From Candidatus Zhuqueibacterota bacterium (GTDB lineage: Bacteria > Zhuqueibacterota > Zhuqueibacteria > Thermofontimicrobiales > Thermofontimicrobiaceae): a DNA stretch of 64,000 bases. Positions 1-9,971 of the stretch are shown piece by piece. Both the position numbers and the translations under genes were made by a program. The notes beneath the pieces were generated by a model that was not told the origin of the DNA, did no database searches, and saw only the letters and a program-made list of their open reading frames with translations. The DNA lies in NCBI GenBank assembly GCA_049322915.1, contig JBMOPW010000004.1:64001-128000 (forward strand). The letters run 5' to 3'. Position 1 is the stretch's first letter. Every line of letters starts with the position of its first letter.

Positions 1-1025
1 AGACGAATGCCAAATGTTTGAATCGGGGTGTAGATGACTTCGACTTCCGGGGAGAGGAGCGTTTCGCTGAAGCCATTGCTGAGGTCGATATTTTCCAGTG
101 TCAGCCCTGGCCTGATGACGACAAATTTGCCCCAGGGCTGGAGCACCCACGTCTTCAAAGCGATATATTTCTGTGAGTTGCTGAGGTCGGGATCGTCGGC
201 AGTGTTGATTTTGTTATACTGATACAATCCGTTGAAATGGACCCGCGTCGCCCTGATTTTCGTCGTGTAGGCTGCGGACAATCCGACATTCCTTTCGCTC
301 AGTTCTGAACGGTAGTTGGCGGTGTCGGCATCCTCAAAATTATTCAGATGGAGCGAGAGTCCGAATTCAATGGCTTGTTCCGCAGATATATTCCAGTGCG
401 AATCGAAATCGAATTTTTTATTGCTGACGTTTCGTTTCAGGTCGTGCAGCGCCACGTTGTACATGCCGTAATCGGATGTGTACAAATGGCCACGGGCTGT
501 CATGAAGAACTGGTCAGACAGATAGCCGCCGAACTGTCCATCCACCAGCCCGATGAAATACTGGCTATTCCCGAACTGGCCGTTGCTTCGGGAATACCTG
601 CCGCTGAAACTGGTATTGATTTTATCCAACTCCTGCCAATATCCAGCCAGCGCATCGAACTGCTGAAATCTCCCATAATCGATTTGCACCATGGTTCGGG
701 ATGAAGCGCGACCATCGGCCTGGTTGAAGGATACTTTCTGGTTGGCAAAATCCTGAGCATTGGAAACCGGCTGGTAATTTTCAGTCGGCGGGATCAATTT
801 CACATCGTCCTGACGGGAGTCAATTTTATCGCCGGGGGTGCGCGCCGATTTATCCGTGCCATAAATCAGCACATCCGGCAATTCGATCTTTTCCTTCGAC
901 GGGACGATCTTGCTGGAATCCGGCGGAACTGTCTTCTGAGTTTGGGCAAGCGCTGTTTGCGGTTGCATCGATACAACCATGGCGCCCGTAACCAGCAGCG
1001 CGAAAAATTTCTGAGCGATATTCAT
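1..1025 (-). CDS. Exported outer-membrane beta-barrel protein, TonB-dependent-receptor-like (partial; runs off the window start; not in the ORF track)
   Basis: ATG at 1025 directly follows the TPR gene stop. Manual translation of about the first 160 codons gives MNIAQKFFALLVTGAMVVSMQPQTALA-QTQK (signal peptide), IELPDVLIYG, then amphipathic strands such as FSGRYSRSNGQFGNSQY. The remainder was not translated. Confidence 0.7.
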   Translation of the reverse strand, partial: MNIAQKFFALLVTGAMVVSMQPQTALAQTQKTVPPDSSKIVPSKEKIELPDVLIYGTDKSARTPGDKIDSRQDDVKLIPPTENYQPVSNAQDFANQKVSFNQADGRASSRTMVQIDYGRFQQFDALAGYWQELDKINTSFSGRYSRSNGQFGNSQYFIGLVDGQFGGYLSDQFFMTARGHLYTSDYGMYNVALHDLKRNVSNKKFDFDSHWNISAEQAIEFGLSLHLNNFEDADTANYRSELSERNVGLSAAYTTKIRATRVHFNGLYQYNKINTADDPDLSNSQKYIALKTWVLQPWGKFVVIRPGLTLENIDLSNGFSETLLSPEVEVIYTPIQTFGIR

Positions 1026-4000
1026 TTATTTTCCAACGATTTCTTGAAGTTTAAGCTGAGCCTTTTGCTGAAATTCAGCGTCCTGGAATTGCTCCAAAAT
1101 GGTCCGGTACAGCAGGCGCGCTTCGCCGTACTGCCCCTGGTTCTCATTGGAAACAGCCGCCTGAAATACCCCTCGGACAATCCAGTGCTGAACATTGGGA
1201 AACAGATATTTTATTTTCAGGAATTCCCGCGCAGCCCTGGAATAATCCTTCTGGTTGAAATAGACCTGGCCGATCCAGTACTGGGCTTCTGCGGAGACGT
1301 CGCTGCTGTGGGCATCCACGACGGATTGAAGCGCTGTCAGTGTATCCGGATACAGCCCGCGCCTCAGCCCGATTTTGCCGATTTCCAGTTGCGCTTTCAA
1401 ACCCGTCTCCGTCCCATTAAATTTTTTCTGAACCTGCTGCAACACTGCTTCGGCATTATCAATTTGATTGAGATGCAAAAAACAGATACCAACCTGCAAC
1501 AAAGCCCTGCCCTCGTTTTCAGTGCCAGCCGATTTTTCTGATGCGCGTTTGAACACTTCGATAGCGCTGGAATAATCGGATTGTCCCTGGTAAATCGACC
1601 CGACTTTGAGCAATGCTTCGATTGAACTAGGGCTGTCCTGATACAAATTCGCCTGTCGGTTGAATGCATCGATAGCCTGAGCGCGTTCGTTCAGATTCAA
1701 ATGACATTCTCCGATATGGTACCAGGCCGCGGATGCAGGTTCGGAACGAGGGTAGCTATTCAATAGCGCCTCATAGGCGACGATGGCGTCCCGGTATTTA
1801 TTCAGATTGAACAGTAGTTCAGCTTTTCTGCCGGATAAATTGGCGGCCAATTCCGAGTCCGGATTTTTTTGAATATACTCATCGCCAAAACGGAGCGCCT
1901 CGTCAGTTTCTCCCTGCTGCAGCATGGCCCACTGAATGCCGCTGATGGCGTCGTCAACCAGCGGACTTTCCTGGTGGTGTTGCAGCAGTTGAAAATATTG
2001 CTGCACAGCCTCATCGTATTTGCCGAGATTGTAATAACAATCCGCCTGGGCATAGACAGCGTCATCGATGAACTGACTGGCTGGAAAATTAGCCAGGACT
2101 CGCTGAAATTCCGTGAGCGCCAGATCATAGCGGCCATCCTGAAAATAGGATTTGCCGGTCATAAATTGCGCTTCCGCTGCCCATGCGCTCGTGGAATACA
2201 ATGAAATGACCAGTTGAAATTCATTGGCTGCGGCATGATAGTCAGCCCGACGGAACAAGCTCACACCGATTTGAAATTGCGCTTCGGCTTTGATGGACGA
2301 ATCGATATTCAGCTTCTGCGCCTTGCGGTAATCGGCAATGGCGCCTTCGTAGTCTTTGAGGTTGAACAAGACATCGCCGCGCCGGATCATGGCGTCGCCC
2401 TTCATGGATTCGTCGCTCGAAAGCCGAATGGCCTGATTGAAATTCTCGGCAGCAGCCTTGAAATTAGTCTGCTTGAAATTGCACCAGCCCAATCCATAGT
2501 GACTCTCGGCCAGTTTGGACGATTTGGGAAATTGCGCGATGAGTAATTGATAGGTTTTCGCCGCCTGCGCTAGTTCATGCAAATTGAACAGGACTTCCGC
2601 CTTCCAGAATAATGCATGGTCGGTCTGGACAAAATCTGGATAGTCGTTCAAAATCGCATTGAATTTACTGAGCGCGGCCTGGTACTGGTCGCGCTGCAGC
2701 AAACACCAGCCATATTTCAGGTACGCCAGCGGCGCGATGGTGGAATTCCGGTACCGCTCCAGAACGGATTGGTAAGCCATCTCAGCCTCGGGGCAGTTGC
2801 CCTCGTCGCGAAAACATTCACCGACCATGAATCCTGCCTCGGGCGCCAGGTTGCTGGAAGGGAACTGGGTCATCACTTTCTTGAAGAACGTTCGCGCCGG
2901 CCCAAGGTTGCCCTGCGAAAAATCAATGGACGCAATTTCATAGAGCGCGTCGGCGACCTTGGCGTTGGTCGGGTATTGCTCGATCAAACCGATGAGGGTT
3001 TGCCGGGCCAGCGTTGTCTCTCCCATTCGATTGTAACAGCGACCTTTATGGTACAGCGATAGCGGCCGAAACTGACTTTCGGGATAGGTTCGGATCAGCG
3101 TATCGAATTCTTTGACCGCTTCAGCGCAATTTTCCAATTTGATATAGGCCCAACCGAGGCCGTACTGACAATCATCGGCAGCTTCAGGATCCAGCGCTCC
3201 ACGAATGACTTTTTTATACTGCTCGATGGCTTTTGAGAAATTGTTCAATTTGAAATAGGCTTCCCCTGAGATGAATTCAGCGCGACCGCGCAGTTTATCA
3301 TCCGGGTATCTGGCGACGGCGGACGCCAGCAGTTTGATTGAGAGGTCATAATTTTTGCTGCCGTAGGCGGAGAAGCCAATGCGATACTGGCACACCGAAA
3401 TCAACGCGCTGTTGGGATAGTCATTCAGTAATTTTTTATAGGTAGTGATGGCCTTTTCAAATTCACTGTCAGATTCGAAAATGAAGCCAACGGAGTAGAT
3501 CGCATATTCCGCCAGGCTGCTTTTGGGATAGAGATTGAACACCTGCGCGTAGTGCAGCGAAGCTTCTTTCTTCAGGCCCAGCCGGTATTCAGACTCCGCC
3601 AGCCAGTAATAGGCGTCGTCCAGCAAATTCCCATCACTCGAAGTGAGGATGAATTTGTTCAGTACTTCTTTGGCCCGGGAAAATTGATTCAGATGAAAAT
3701 AGGCTTCCCCCACTCTCAGATTCGCTTGCTCACGATGCTCGATGGCCGGCGATGACGTGAGCAAATTTTGATACACGCTGACCGCCCGCGAATAGTCCTT
3801 CAGATTGAAATACGACTCGGCCAGGTAAAACGTCGCCGATGCGCTGTGCGAGCTATTCGGATATTGAGAGAGAAAATCGGAAAGCTGGTCAACAGCCATT
3901 TTATACAGACCGTCCTGGTAAATGCCCCTGGCTGCTGTGAACGCCTGTTCTTCCTGTGATTGGTGAATTTGCGAGAGTGAAGCTGAATGACACAGAAAAA

Positions 4001-4037
4001 GAGTGCATGTAAGAATGAACCATGAGTGAATTTTCAT
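1026..4037 (-). CDS. Large exported tetratricopeptide-repeat protein (CpoB/BamD-like repeats)
   Basis: 1003 aa; signal peptide; about 26 repeats of ~37 aa of the type A-x-Y/F-x-x-G/A-E-x-Y...Y-P-x-S. Confidence 0.9.
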   Translation of the reverse strand: MKIHSWFILTCTLFLCHSASLSQIHQSQEEQAFTAARGIYQDGLYKMAVDQLSDFLSQYPNSSHSASATFYLAESYFNLKDYSRAVSVYQNLLTSSPAIEHREQANLRVGEAYFHLNQFSRAKEVLNKFILTSSDGNLLDDAYYWLAESEYRLGLKKEASLHYAQVFNLYPKSSLAEYAIYSVGFIFESDSEFEKAITTYKKLLNDYPNSALISVCQYRIGFSAYGSKNYDLSIKLLASAVARYPDDKLRGRAEFISGEAYFKLNNFSKAIEQYKKVIRGALDPEAADDCQYGLGWAYIKLENCAEAVKEFDTLIRTYPESQFRPLSLYHKGRCYNRMGETTLARQTLIGLIEQYPTNAKVADALYEIASIDFSQGNLGPARTFFKKVMTQFPSSNLAPEAGFMVGECFRDEGNCPEAEMAYQSVLERYRNSTIAPLAYLKYGWCLLQRDQYQAALSKFNAILNDYPDFVQTDHALFWKAEVLFNLHELAQAAKTYQLLIAQFPKSSKLAESHYGLGWCNFKQTNFKAAAENFNQAIRLSSDESMKGDAMIRRGDVLFNLKDYEGAIADYRKAQKLNIDSSIKAEAQFQIGVSLFRRADYHAAANEFQLVISLYSTSAWAAEAQFMTGKSYFQDGRYDLALTEFQRVLANFPASQFIDDAVYAQADCYYNLGKYDEAVQQYFQLLQHHQESPLVDDAISGIQWAMLQQGETDEALRFGDEYIQKNPDSELAANLSGRKAELLFNLNKYRDAIVAYEALLNSYPRSEPASAAWYHIGECHLNLNERAQAIDAFNRQANLYQDSPSSIEALLKVGSIYQGQSDYSSAIEVFKRASEKSAGTENEGRALLQVGICFLHLNQIDNAEAVLQQVQKKFNGTETGLKAQLEIGKIGLRRGLYPDTLTALQSVVDAHSSDVSAEAQYWIGQVYFNQKDYSRAAREFLKIKYLFPNVQHWIVRGVFQAAVSNENQGQYGEARLLYRTILEQFQDAEFQQKAQLKLQEIVGK

Positions 4038-4114
4038 ATCATTGAAATATTATAGGTTGACCTGCCGAAACGATTGTGCTAATTATACGATACTAACACG
4101 AAAAATGTCCAAAG

Positions 4115-5011
4115 CTAAAAATTGACATCACTCACAATCACTTTCAGCGCCTTGGGAAGCATGGTGACAATGACCCGCTTGTCCCCTTCGTGGACTTCGC
4201 CGTCGAGTGTGTACGGCGCCGGATACTCCCTGAGAATTTCAAAGTGGGTCGCTCTGAAAATCTTCGTGTAGGGAGTTTTATCGATATTGCCGGTGAACAG
4301 CGTGGGCAAATAGTAGACTGTCTCGACGAGATTTGTTTGCTGAATGATCGCGAGGTCGAAAAGCCCATCGTCCGGTTTGGCATTAGGCGCTATTATCGCG
4401 TTATTGCCGTACTGTTTGATGTTGGCAATGGCGACAACGAGCGCGTTGGTGCGAATCACCTGATTGTCAAATTTGATGATGTATTTGGGCGCGCGGTAGC
4501 GAAAGAATTCTGTCAGTCCGGCCAAATAGTAGGGAGCGGGACCCCGAATTTTACCGTCTTCAAATTTTTTCCCAACGATGGCATCAAAGCCGAGGCCGGC
4601 GATGACGAAAAAATAGCGATTCCCAATCTGCCCGACATCGATCGGTCGATCCTGCCCGACAGTGATCATCCTGGCAGCGCGGCGAATCATCAGCGGAATT
4701 CCCAATCCTCTAGCAAAACCATTGCCGGAGCCGAGCGGGATGATGCCCAGCGACGTGTCGGAATTGACCAGCCCTGAGGCGGCTTCGTTCACAGTGCCGT
4801 CGCCCCCAATAGCCACGACAATATCATACTGTTTTTCGACGGCTTCGCAGGCTAATTCATAGGCATGGTTCTTTGCCATGGTGATGTTAAAATCAAAGCT
4901 GCATAAATTTTTCGGGAAATAATACTCGATGGCTTTTTTGATATATTGGACCGGGTGAATGATCCCTGACTTTGGATTCAAAATGAATCGGATTCTTTTG
5001 GCGTTACCCAT
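4115..5011 (-). CDS. Diacylglycerol kinase family lipid kinase (YegS/BmrU type)
   Basis: NPKSG, GGDGTVNE, PLGSGNGFA, YGNN and DGE motifs. Confidence 0.92.
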   Translation of the reverse strand: MGNAKRIRFILNPKSGIIHPVQYIKKAIEYYFPKNLCSFDFNITMAKNHAYELACEAVEKQYDIVVAIGGDGTVNEAASGLVNSDTSLGIIPLGSGNGFARGLGIPLMIRRAARMITVGQDRPIDVGQIGNRYFFVIAGLGFDAIVGKKFEDGKIRGPAPYYLAGLTEFFRYRAPKYIIKFDNQVIRTNALVVAIANIKQYGNNAIIAPNAKPDDGLFDLAIIQQTNLVETVYYLPTLFTGNIDKTPYTKIFRATHFEILREYPAPYTLDGEVHEGDKRVIVTMLPKALKVIVSDVNF

Positions 5012-5434
5012 GACTTCGCTTTCTCACAGTCTGTATTCGCTTTTCACTCAATCGGATTGTGGAGAGTGTGAACTTATGTTTTTCAAAAACTGACATGGAA
5101 ACGTAGCTGATAATTTGCTTGAATCTTTGGGCGCAGCAGTGAAAAAATTATCGAGCGAACAAACCCACTTGTTCAATCCTTCTGCGTTGAGCCGAAGATA
5201 TGAGACCATAATGCCAGCGGAATATCTGTTTCATTCACTCAGACAACGAAAGAGTGGCAAAAGTTTTTAATGCCGCGATTCTGTGCGCCTCTGATTGGTG
5301 CAAAGCTTTGGATAAAAATAATTATCTGTGAACCAAAAGTCAAGTGAAAATTATACATGCAGTGATTTTGTGGCAAGCTGATACAGGCAGAAAATGAATT
5401 GGGAAAGATCGCCTTTGGGAGAAGTCCGGGAGCG

Positions 5435-5821
5435 TTATGCCATGCGCTGCGCTCCCAGAATAGAGTGAATTTTCTCGTGCAGGTCATTAAGTTTGAATGG
5501 CTTGCTGATAAAGTCCTGTGCGCCGCATTTCAGCATTTCGTCGAGATGGGCATGGTCAGAAAATCCTGTGAGGACGAGGACCGGGCAGTGTTGTTCCGGG
5601 TCTGATTTTCGAATTTCCTGCAAAGCCCGAACGCCATCCATTTCCGGCATTTTAATATCCAGAAAAATCAGATCCGGGTGAAATGCATGGTATTTATTCA
5701 GGCCATCAAAGCCATCGACTCCCAGCTCCACCTGGTAACCAGCGGATTCCAGCATCCATTTAAAGAGATTTCGAATTTCACTGTCATCGTCGATGACAAG
5801 AATGATTGGTTTTTTGATCAT
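5435..5821 (-). CDS. Single-domain response regulator (CheY-like)
   Basis: VIDDD, FLDIKMPEMDG (phosphoacceptor Asp), LTG and KPF. Confidence 0.92.
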   Translation of the reverse strand: MIKKPIILVIDDDSEIRNLFKWMLESAGYQVELGVDGFDGLNKYHAFHPDLIFLDIKMPEMDGVRALQEIRKSDPEQHCPVLVLTGFSDHAHLDEMLKCGAQDFISKPFKLNDLHEKIHSILGAQRMA

Positions 5822-5872
5822 GAGGAATCAATTTTGAACAGGTGAATTTCATCGATGATGTTTTGATTAATT

Positions 5873-5904
5873 AAAAAAGGCAGCGGAACGAGGTCCACTG
5901 CCTT
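5873..5904 (-). terminator. Intrinsic terminator
   Basis: Minus strand AAGGCAGTGGA-cctcgt-TCCGCTGCC followed by TTTTTT. Confidence 0.8.
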
Positions 5905-6056
5905 AAAGCTGATCTACCTGACTCCTGCCCAAGAGTCAATGAGGTCCAGATACACTAAGAAGGGAGGTAATAGAAAACTCACCAAATTTTTATTATTCGA
6001 TAAAGGCCTCCTTTCGTTTTGTTCAAAAATAATCGGGGAGATTGATATGCACATTT

Positions 6057-6263
6057 TTATGCTAAAACATATTCTTCCACTTCAACTTCTTTCCTGATCA
6101 TCATCTGCTCATCATGTCCATCCACTGTGTCATACGCAATCTGTACTTCTTCTCGACGATCAAAACTACTTGCCTTTTCATGTATTGTTTTAGTGACATT
6201 ATTCAGGAGAAAGTACAAACCCTCATAACGGCTGATCTGTTTATAAGTCCCATAGACGACCAT
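6057..6263 (-). CDS. Small hypothetical protein (68 aa)
   Basis: GGAGG 6 nt upstream of the ATG; acidic C-terminus; no family recognised. Confidence 0.6.
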   Translation of the reverse strand: MVVYGTYKQISRYEGLYFLLNNVTKTIHEKASSFDRREEVQIAYDTVDGHDEQMMIRKEVEVEEYVLA

Positions 6264-6290
6264 GGCATTCCTCCGATTGCGGGTTTTAAC

Positions 6291-6424
6291 TAAAAGGAAA
6301 GGTATCGTAATAAATCAGAAGCTGCTACAATCGAAAGAAGAGTAATCACGATACCTTTCCTTTCAAACCATTAAGGATGAGGACCAACATGAAAATTTTA
6401 CCATAACATCTAACCTGATCGCAC
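6291..6424 (-). ncRNA. Candidate sigma-54-dependent sRNA or structured leader
   Basis: Starts at the predicted TSS of the -24/-12 promoter and ends in a perfect 16-bp inverted repeat (6293-6308 / 6348-6363) with a short U run; contains anti-SD-like GGUCCUCAUCCUU. Confidence 0.5.
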
Positions 6425-6433
6425 TGTCACTTT

Positions 6434-6450
6434 AAGCAAACACCAGGCCA
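6434..6450 (-). promoter_or_regulatory. Sigma-54 (-24/-12) promoter
   Basis: TGGCCTGGTGTTTGCTT has GG-N10-GC spacing. An IHF-like site (6490-6502, one mismatch) and a TGTGGGA direct repeat (6519, 6531) lie upstream. Confidence 0.65.
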
Positions 6451-6650
6451 AAAAAATGATAGGCAATCTGCCGGGGATAAATGACGATGTAATAAATTGA
6501 AAATACATTTTTTAACGCTGTGGGAAAAAATGTGGGAGAAACGCCGGACACGGTGGTTTTACTGGAGAAAATTCCTGAGTTCGGAAGTGATTTCCATACA
6601 GGAAAATCCACACCCGGCATGACGAGGGAAAAAGGATCGGCTTATCTTTC

Positions 6651-9512
6651 TCAGAGGCACACGTTGGAGATTGCTTCTTTGAGTTCTTCAAAACTGAATG
6701 GTTTGCTCAGGCAATTGCACTGATGGGTGCTGAGGAAGCGGATGACTTCTTCACTGTCCGCGTCGCCGGTGGTAAAAATCATTCGCTGCTGTAGATTCGG
6801 CGCTGTTTTGCCAATCAGGTCATACAATATCTCACCGCTGATTCCCGGCATTTTCATGTCGGAGATGATCACTTCATATTGATTGTTTTTCATCTGCTTC
6901 AATGCGGATGCGCCATTGGGGGCCACATCCACGACATGCCCCTCGCGACTGAGGTAGCGATGCAGGATTTCAATGATTACAGGCTCATCATCAATGACCA
7001 GAATGCGTTTTGTCGGCACAGGGGAATCGTCTTCTTGAGATGTTTGCTGATTCGCTGCCTTCAATTTTCGATGAATCGGGAGTTCAAGATGAAAACAGGC
7101 GCCGCTATCCGGGAGATTTTCGACGGTAATTTTCCCGTCGTGATTGTCGATAATGCCGGAGCAAATGCTCAGCCCCAGTCCGGTCCCTTTGCCGGGGTCT
7201 TTGGTTGTGAAAAAAGGATCAAAGATTTTTGTCACGATGGAAGATGGAATACCGCGGCCGTTATCCGAAATGGAAATGATCGCCTTTCCATGCTCGGCCT
7301 TTGTGCGAATGGTAATCCGCCGCTCCCCGGTTTTCTCCATCAATTCGTGATGAGCATTGGTGAGGATGTTTAAAAATACCTGTTGAAGCTGGTGAAAATC
7401 GACATATAGCCGGGGAATTCCGGGAGCGAATTCCTTGTCAATACCGATGTTATCTTTTTTGAATTGGAAAAGGCGCAGTTCAAGCACCGAGTTTATCACG
7501 TCGTGGATATTTGTCCATGTTTTTTCAGGCGCGTGTTTTCTGGCAAATGTCAGCAGATTATCGACAATTTTATGGCAGCGATAGGCTTCCCGTTGGATGA
7601 TCTCCAGGTCGTCCCTGAATTTTTTAACGCCAATTTCCTGAATGAGCAGTTTGGACATCCCCATGATGCCGGCAAGCGGATTGTTCAGCTCGTGGGCAAC
7701 TCCGGAAATCAGTTGACCCAGGGCTGATAGTTTTTCAGATTGAATGAGCAGCGATTCGAGTTTCTTTGTCTCCGTGATATCCACAAACACAGCCAGCGCT
7801 CCGCAATAGGTTTCCCCTTCGAATAATGGATGACAACTGATTTGCACAACAATTTCTTCGTGGCCGTCACGGACGAGGGCGGCCTCAAATCGGCAGGGCT
7901 GTTTTTTCAGCAGCAGTTTTTTATTGTACTGAAGAATTTCGTGATAATCTTCCTTCACCAGGTCCATCATCTGTTTGAACTGTAAGTTATCCTGTGAGCG
8001 ATTCACCAGCTTTTCCATCCTGGGATTGGCGAAAGTAATGTCGCCTTTGTCATTCTCGATGAGAATTCCCTCCTCCAGATTCTGGACGATGTTTTCATTG
8101 AATTCTTTCAATTGCCTGACCTGCTGAAACAGACGCGCTTTAGCAATGGCGGTGCTCACCTGGTCACTGATGGCTTTCAGTAATGGCGCGTCATTATCAG
8201 AAAAGGCATTTTCCCTGTCACAGCCCAGATCGATGATGCCGATGATTTCGTTCTTGCTGCGGATGGGAATGCTGATGAACGATTGCAGCGCGCCCTTTCG
8301 GGGATGCTTTTGAACGGCGTCGCGGCGATCCGGATTCACGGACAGGTGATTATTCCCGAAATGCATCTTCTGGATTTTATTCAGCTTTTTCAATCGCGAT
8401 AAAACAGGCGCTGGCAGACAATAATGATACACCGCTTCGAAGGAATTCGAGTCGGCTTTGAAAATGAAAATAGCGCCGCAGGTGGCATTGACGTAGGTGA
8501 TAATTTTGTTCAACACTGAGTTGAGAACGTCATCAATGTCCGTGCTGCTATTGATTATTTCTGAGATGGCCCTCAAATTATCGGAGAGCTCGCGCGCGTT
8601 CTTTTCCTGGATCAGCAAAAGATTCCGCTCGATGACAACGACAATCTGATTCAGCAGGGAGTCGAAGATATTCTGGTCCGTCTCGGTGAGCGCTCTGCCG
8701 CCTGTGATGAAAAATCCCATGTTCTTTCGCTTCAGCGCAAGCCGATAGATATAAATGTGGCGGAAATCCGCATTGAGTTCGGACTCAAACATAGTGGAGC
8801 AAGGGATGATGTCATTCAGTGTGACAGGGCGTTTTTGTCCCTGAGTGAAAAATTTGATGAATGAGTCCCCCAGCAAATGCTGTTTCAAATGATCCCGAAT
8901 CGCTGGCTCGAATCCCTGGCAAAAAACATCGGCGAGGTTACCGGTCAAATTTTCAGAGAGATAAATTGCGCCATAATCCAGCTTCATCAATTTCAGAATT
9001 TTGGAAAGCGAGTCGTTGATCAATTCCGGGAAAGGCTTGGATTTATTGAGCGTGGACGAAATCTGATACAGGATCGAGAGGGTTTTATTCTGCTCGAAAA
9101 GCTGGTCTTTCATTCTCTGCTGTTCCAGTGTGAGCAGATGGGTTTCAATCGCCTTTCTGATGATCAGCGGAAGGGTTGTGAGATAGCCCGTCGATTTTGT
9201 GATGTAGTCGTAAGCCCCGGCTTTCATGGCCTCGACCGCCACTTTTTCATCGCCCTGGCCGGTGATCATGATGATGGCGATGTTGGATTTTAATTTACTG
9301 ATTTCGTTCAGAATAGTCAGGCCGTTACAATCCGGCAGGATGTAATCCAACAGCAAAATATCAAACCGACGCGTTCGAAGAAGCGCCAGACAGCTCTTGC
9401 CATCGGGTGTCACGTCGACAGTACAGTGAAAATTTTTTTGTAAAATGGATTTGCTTAATTCGGCATGATCTGTATTATCTTCTGCAATTAAAATCCTGGT
9501 TGCTTCGTCCAT
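6651..9512 (-). CDS. Hybrid histidine kinase (REC-GAF-GAF-PAS-HisKA-HATPase-REC)
   Basis: N-terminal receiver (LLDYILPD); VAHELNNP H-box; [13 protein letters not shown] and GTGLGL boxes; C-terminal receiver (SDMKMPG). Confidence 0.93.
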   Translation of the reverse strand: MDEATRILIAEDNTDHAELSKSILQKNFHCTVDVTPDGKSCLALLRTRRFDILLLDYILPDCNGLTILNEISKLKSNIAIIMITGQGDEKVAVEAMKAGAYDYITKSTGYLTTLPLIIRKAIETHLLTLEQQRMKDQLFEQNKTLSILYQISSTLNKSKPFPELINDSLSKILKLMKLDYGAIYLSENLTGNLADVFCQGFEPAIRDHLKQHLLGDSFIKFFTQGQKRPVTLNDIIPCSTMFESELNADFRHIYIYRLALKRKNMGFFITGGRALTETDQNIFDSLLNQIVVVIERNLLLIQEKNARELSDNLRAISEIINSSTDIDDVLNSVLNKIITYVNATCGAIFIFKADSNSFEAVYHYCLPAPVLSRLKKLNKIQKMHFGNNHLSVNPDRRDAVQKHPRKGALQSFISIPIRSKNEIIGIIDLGCDRENAFSDNDAPLLKAISDQVSTAIAKARLFQQVRQLKEFNENIVQNLEEGILIENDKGDITFANPRMEKLVNRSQDNLQFKQMMDLVKEDYHEILQYNKKLLLKKQPCRFEAALVRDGHEEIVVQISCHPLFEGETYCGALAVFVDITETKKLESLLIQSEKLSALGQLISGVAHELNNPLAGIMGMSKLLIQEIGVKKFRDDLEIIQREAYRCHKIVDNLLTFARKHAPEKTWTNIHDVINSVLELRLFQFKKDNIGIDKEFAPGIPRLYVDFHQLQQVFLNILTNAHHELMEKTGERRITIRTKAEHGKAIISISDNGRGIPSSIVTKIFDPFFTTKDPGKGTGLGLSICSGIIDNHDGKITVENLPDSGACFHLELPIHRKLKAANQQTSQEDDSPVPTKRILVIDDEPVIIEILHRYLSREGHVVDVAPNGASALKQMKNNQYEVIISDMKMPGISGEILYDLIGKTAPNLQQRMIFTTGDADSEEVIRFLSTHQCNCLSKPFSFEELKEAISNVCL

Positions 9513-9687
9513 GATGTGCTGCGCCTGAAGTTATAGGTTAATTCCCGTTTTGTAGAGTCGCCAGATCGTCCAGCCTGAAAAATTCAACGTTGTGTAAACT
9601 ACAAAAGAGCAAACCAGCGGTACGAGGTTAGGAGACTGATTTTGTCCGATCGGAGCAGGGCACATGTCCCGTCGTGAGAACGCAATA

Positions 9688-9715
9688 AATATAGGGTAAA
9701 TAAATTACCAATCAA
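9688..9715 (-). promoter_or_regulatory. Sigma-70-type promoter of the hybrid kinase
   Basis: TTGATT-N16-TATATT. Confidence 0.5.
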
Positions 9716-9865
9716 GATAAAATTGAAAATTTACTAAATATTAATTTTGCAATAACGTTACGTCACATTATTTCTGAAACCGGCATCTGAGGAACCGCTT
9801 TAACTGAAGCAGCGTCATTACGAACACGCACCCCGATGATTAATTTTTCAAGTCAAAATATTTCC

Positions 9866-9894
9866 TTGATTTAGTTGTGATTAGTTATTATATT
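9866..9894 (+). promoter_or_regulatory. Sigma-70-type promoter of the deoxynucleoside kinase operon
   Basis: TTGATT-N17-TATATT. Confidence 0.55.
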
Positions 9895-9971
9895 TTTGTC
9901 GTTGCGGATAAAATTTCATTCCGGACGAGCACGGTCGGGAAAGAACAACGCTTATCAGAAAAGGATTTCGT

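Noticed and set aside
6389..6406. Plus-strand mini-ORF MKILP with a GAGG RBS
   Set aside because: Only five codons and no plus-strand promoter seen; interpreted as the complement of the candidate sRNA seed, though not excluded.
5873..6424. Type I toxin-antitoxin locus
   Set aside because: The 68-aa protein is not hydrophobic and both structured RNAs are on the same strand as the ORF.
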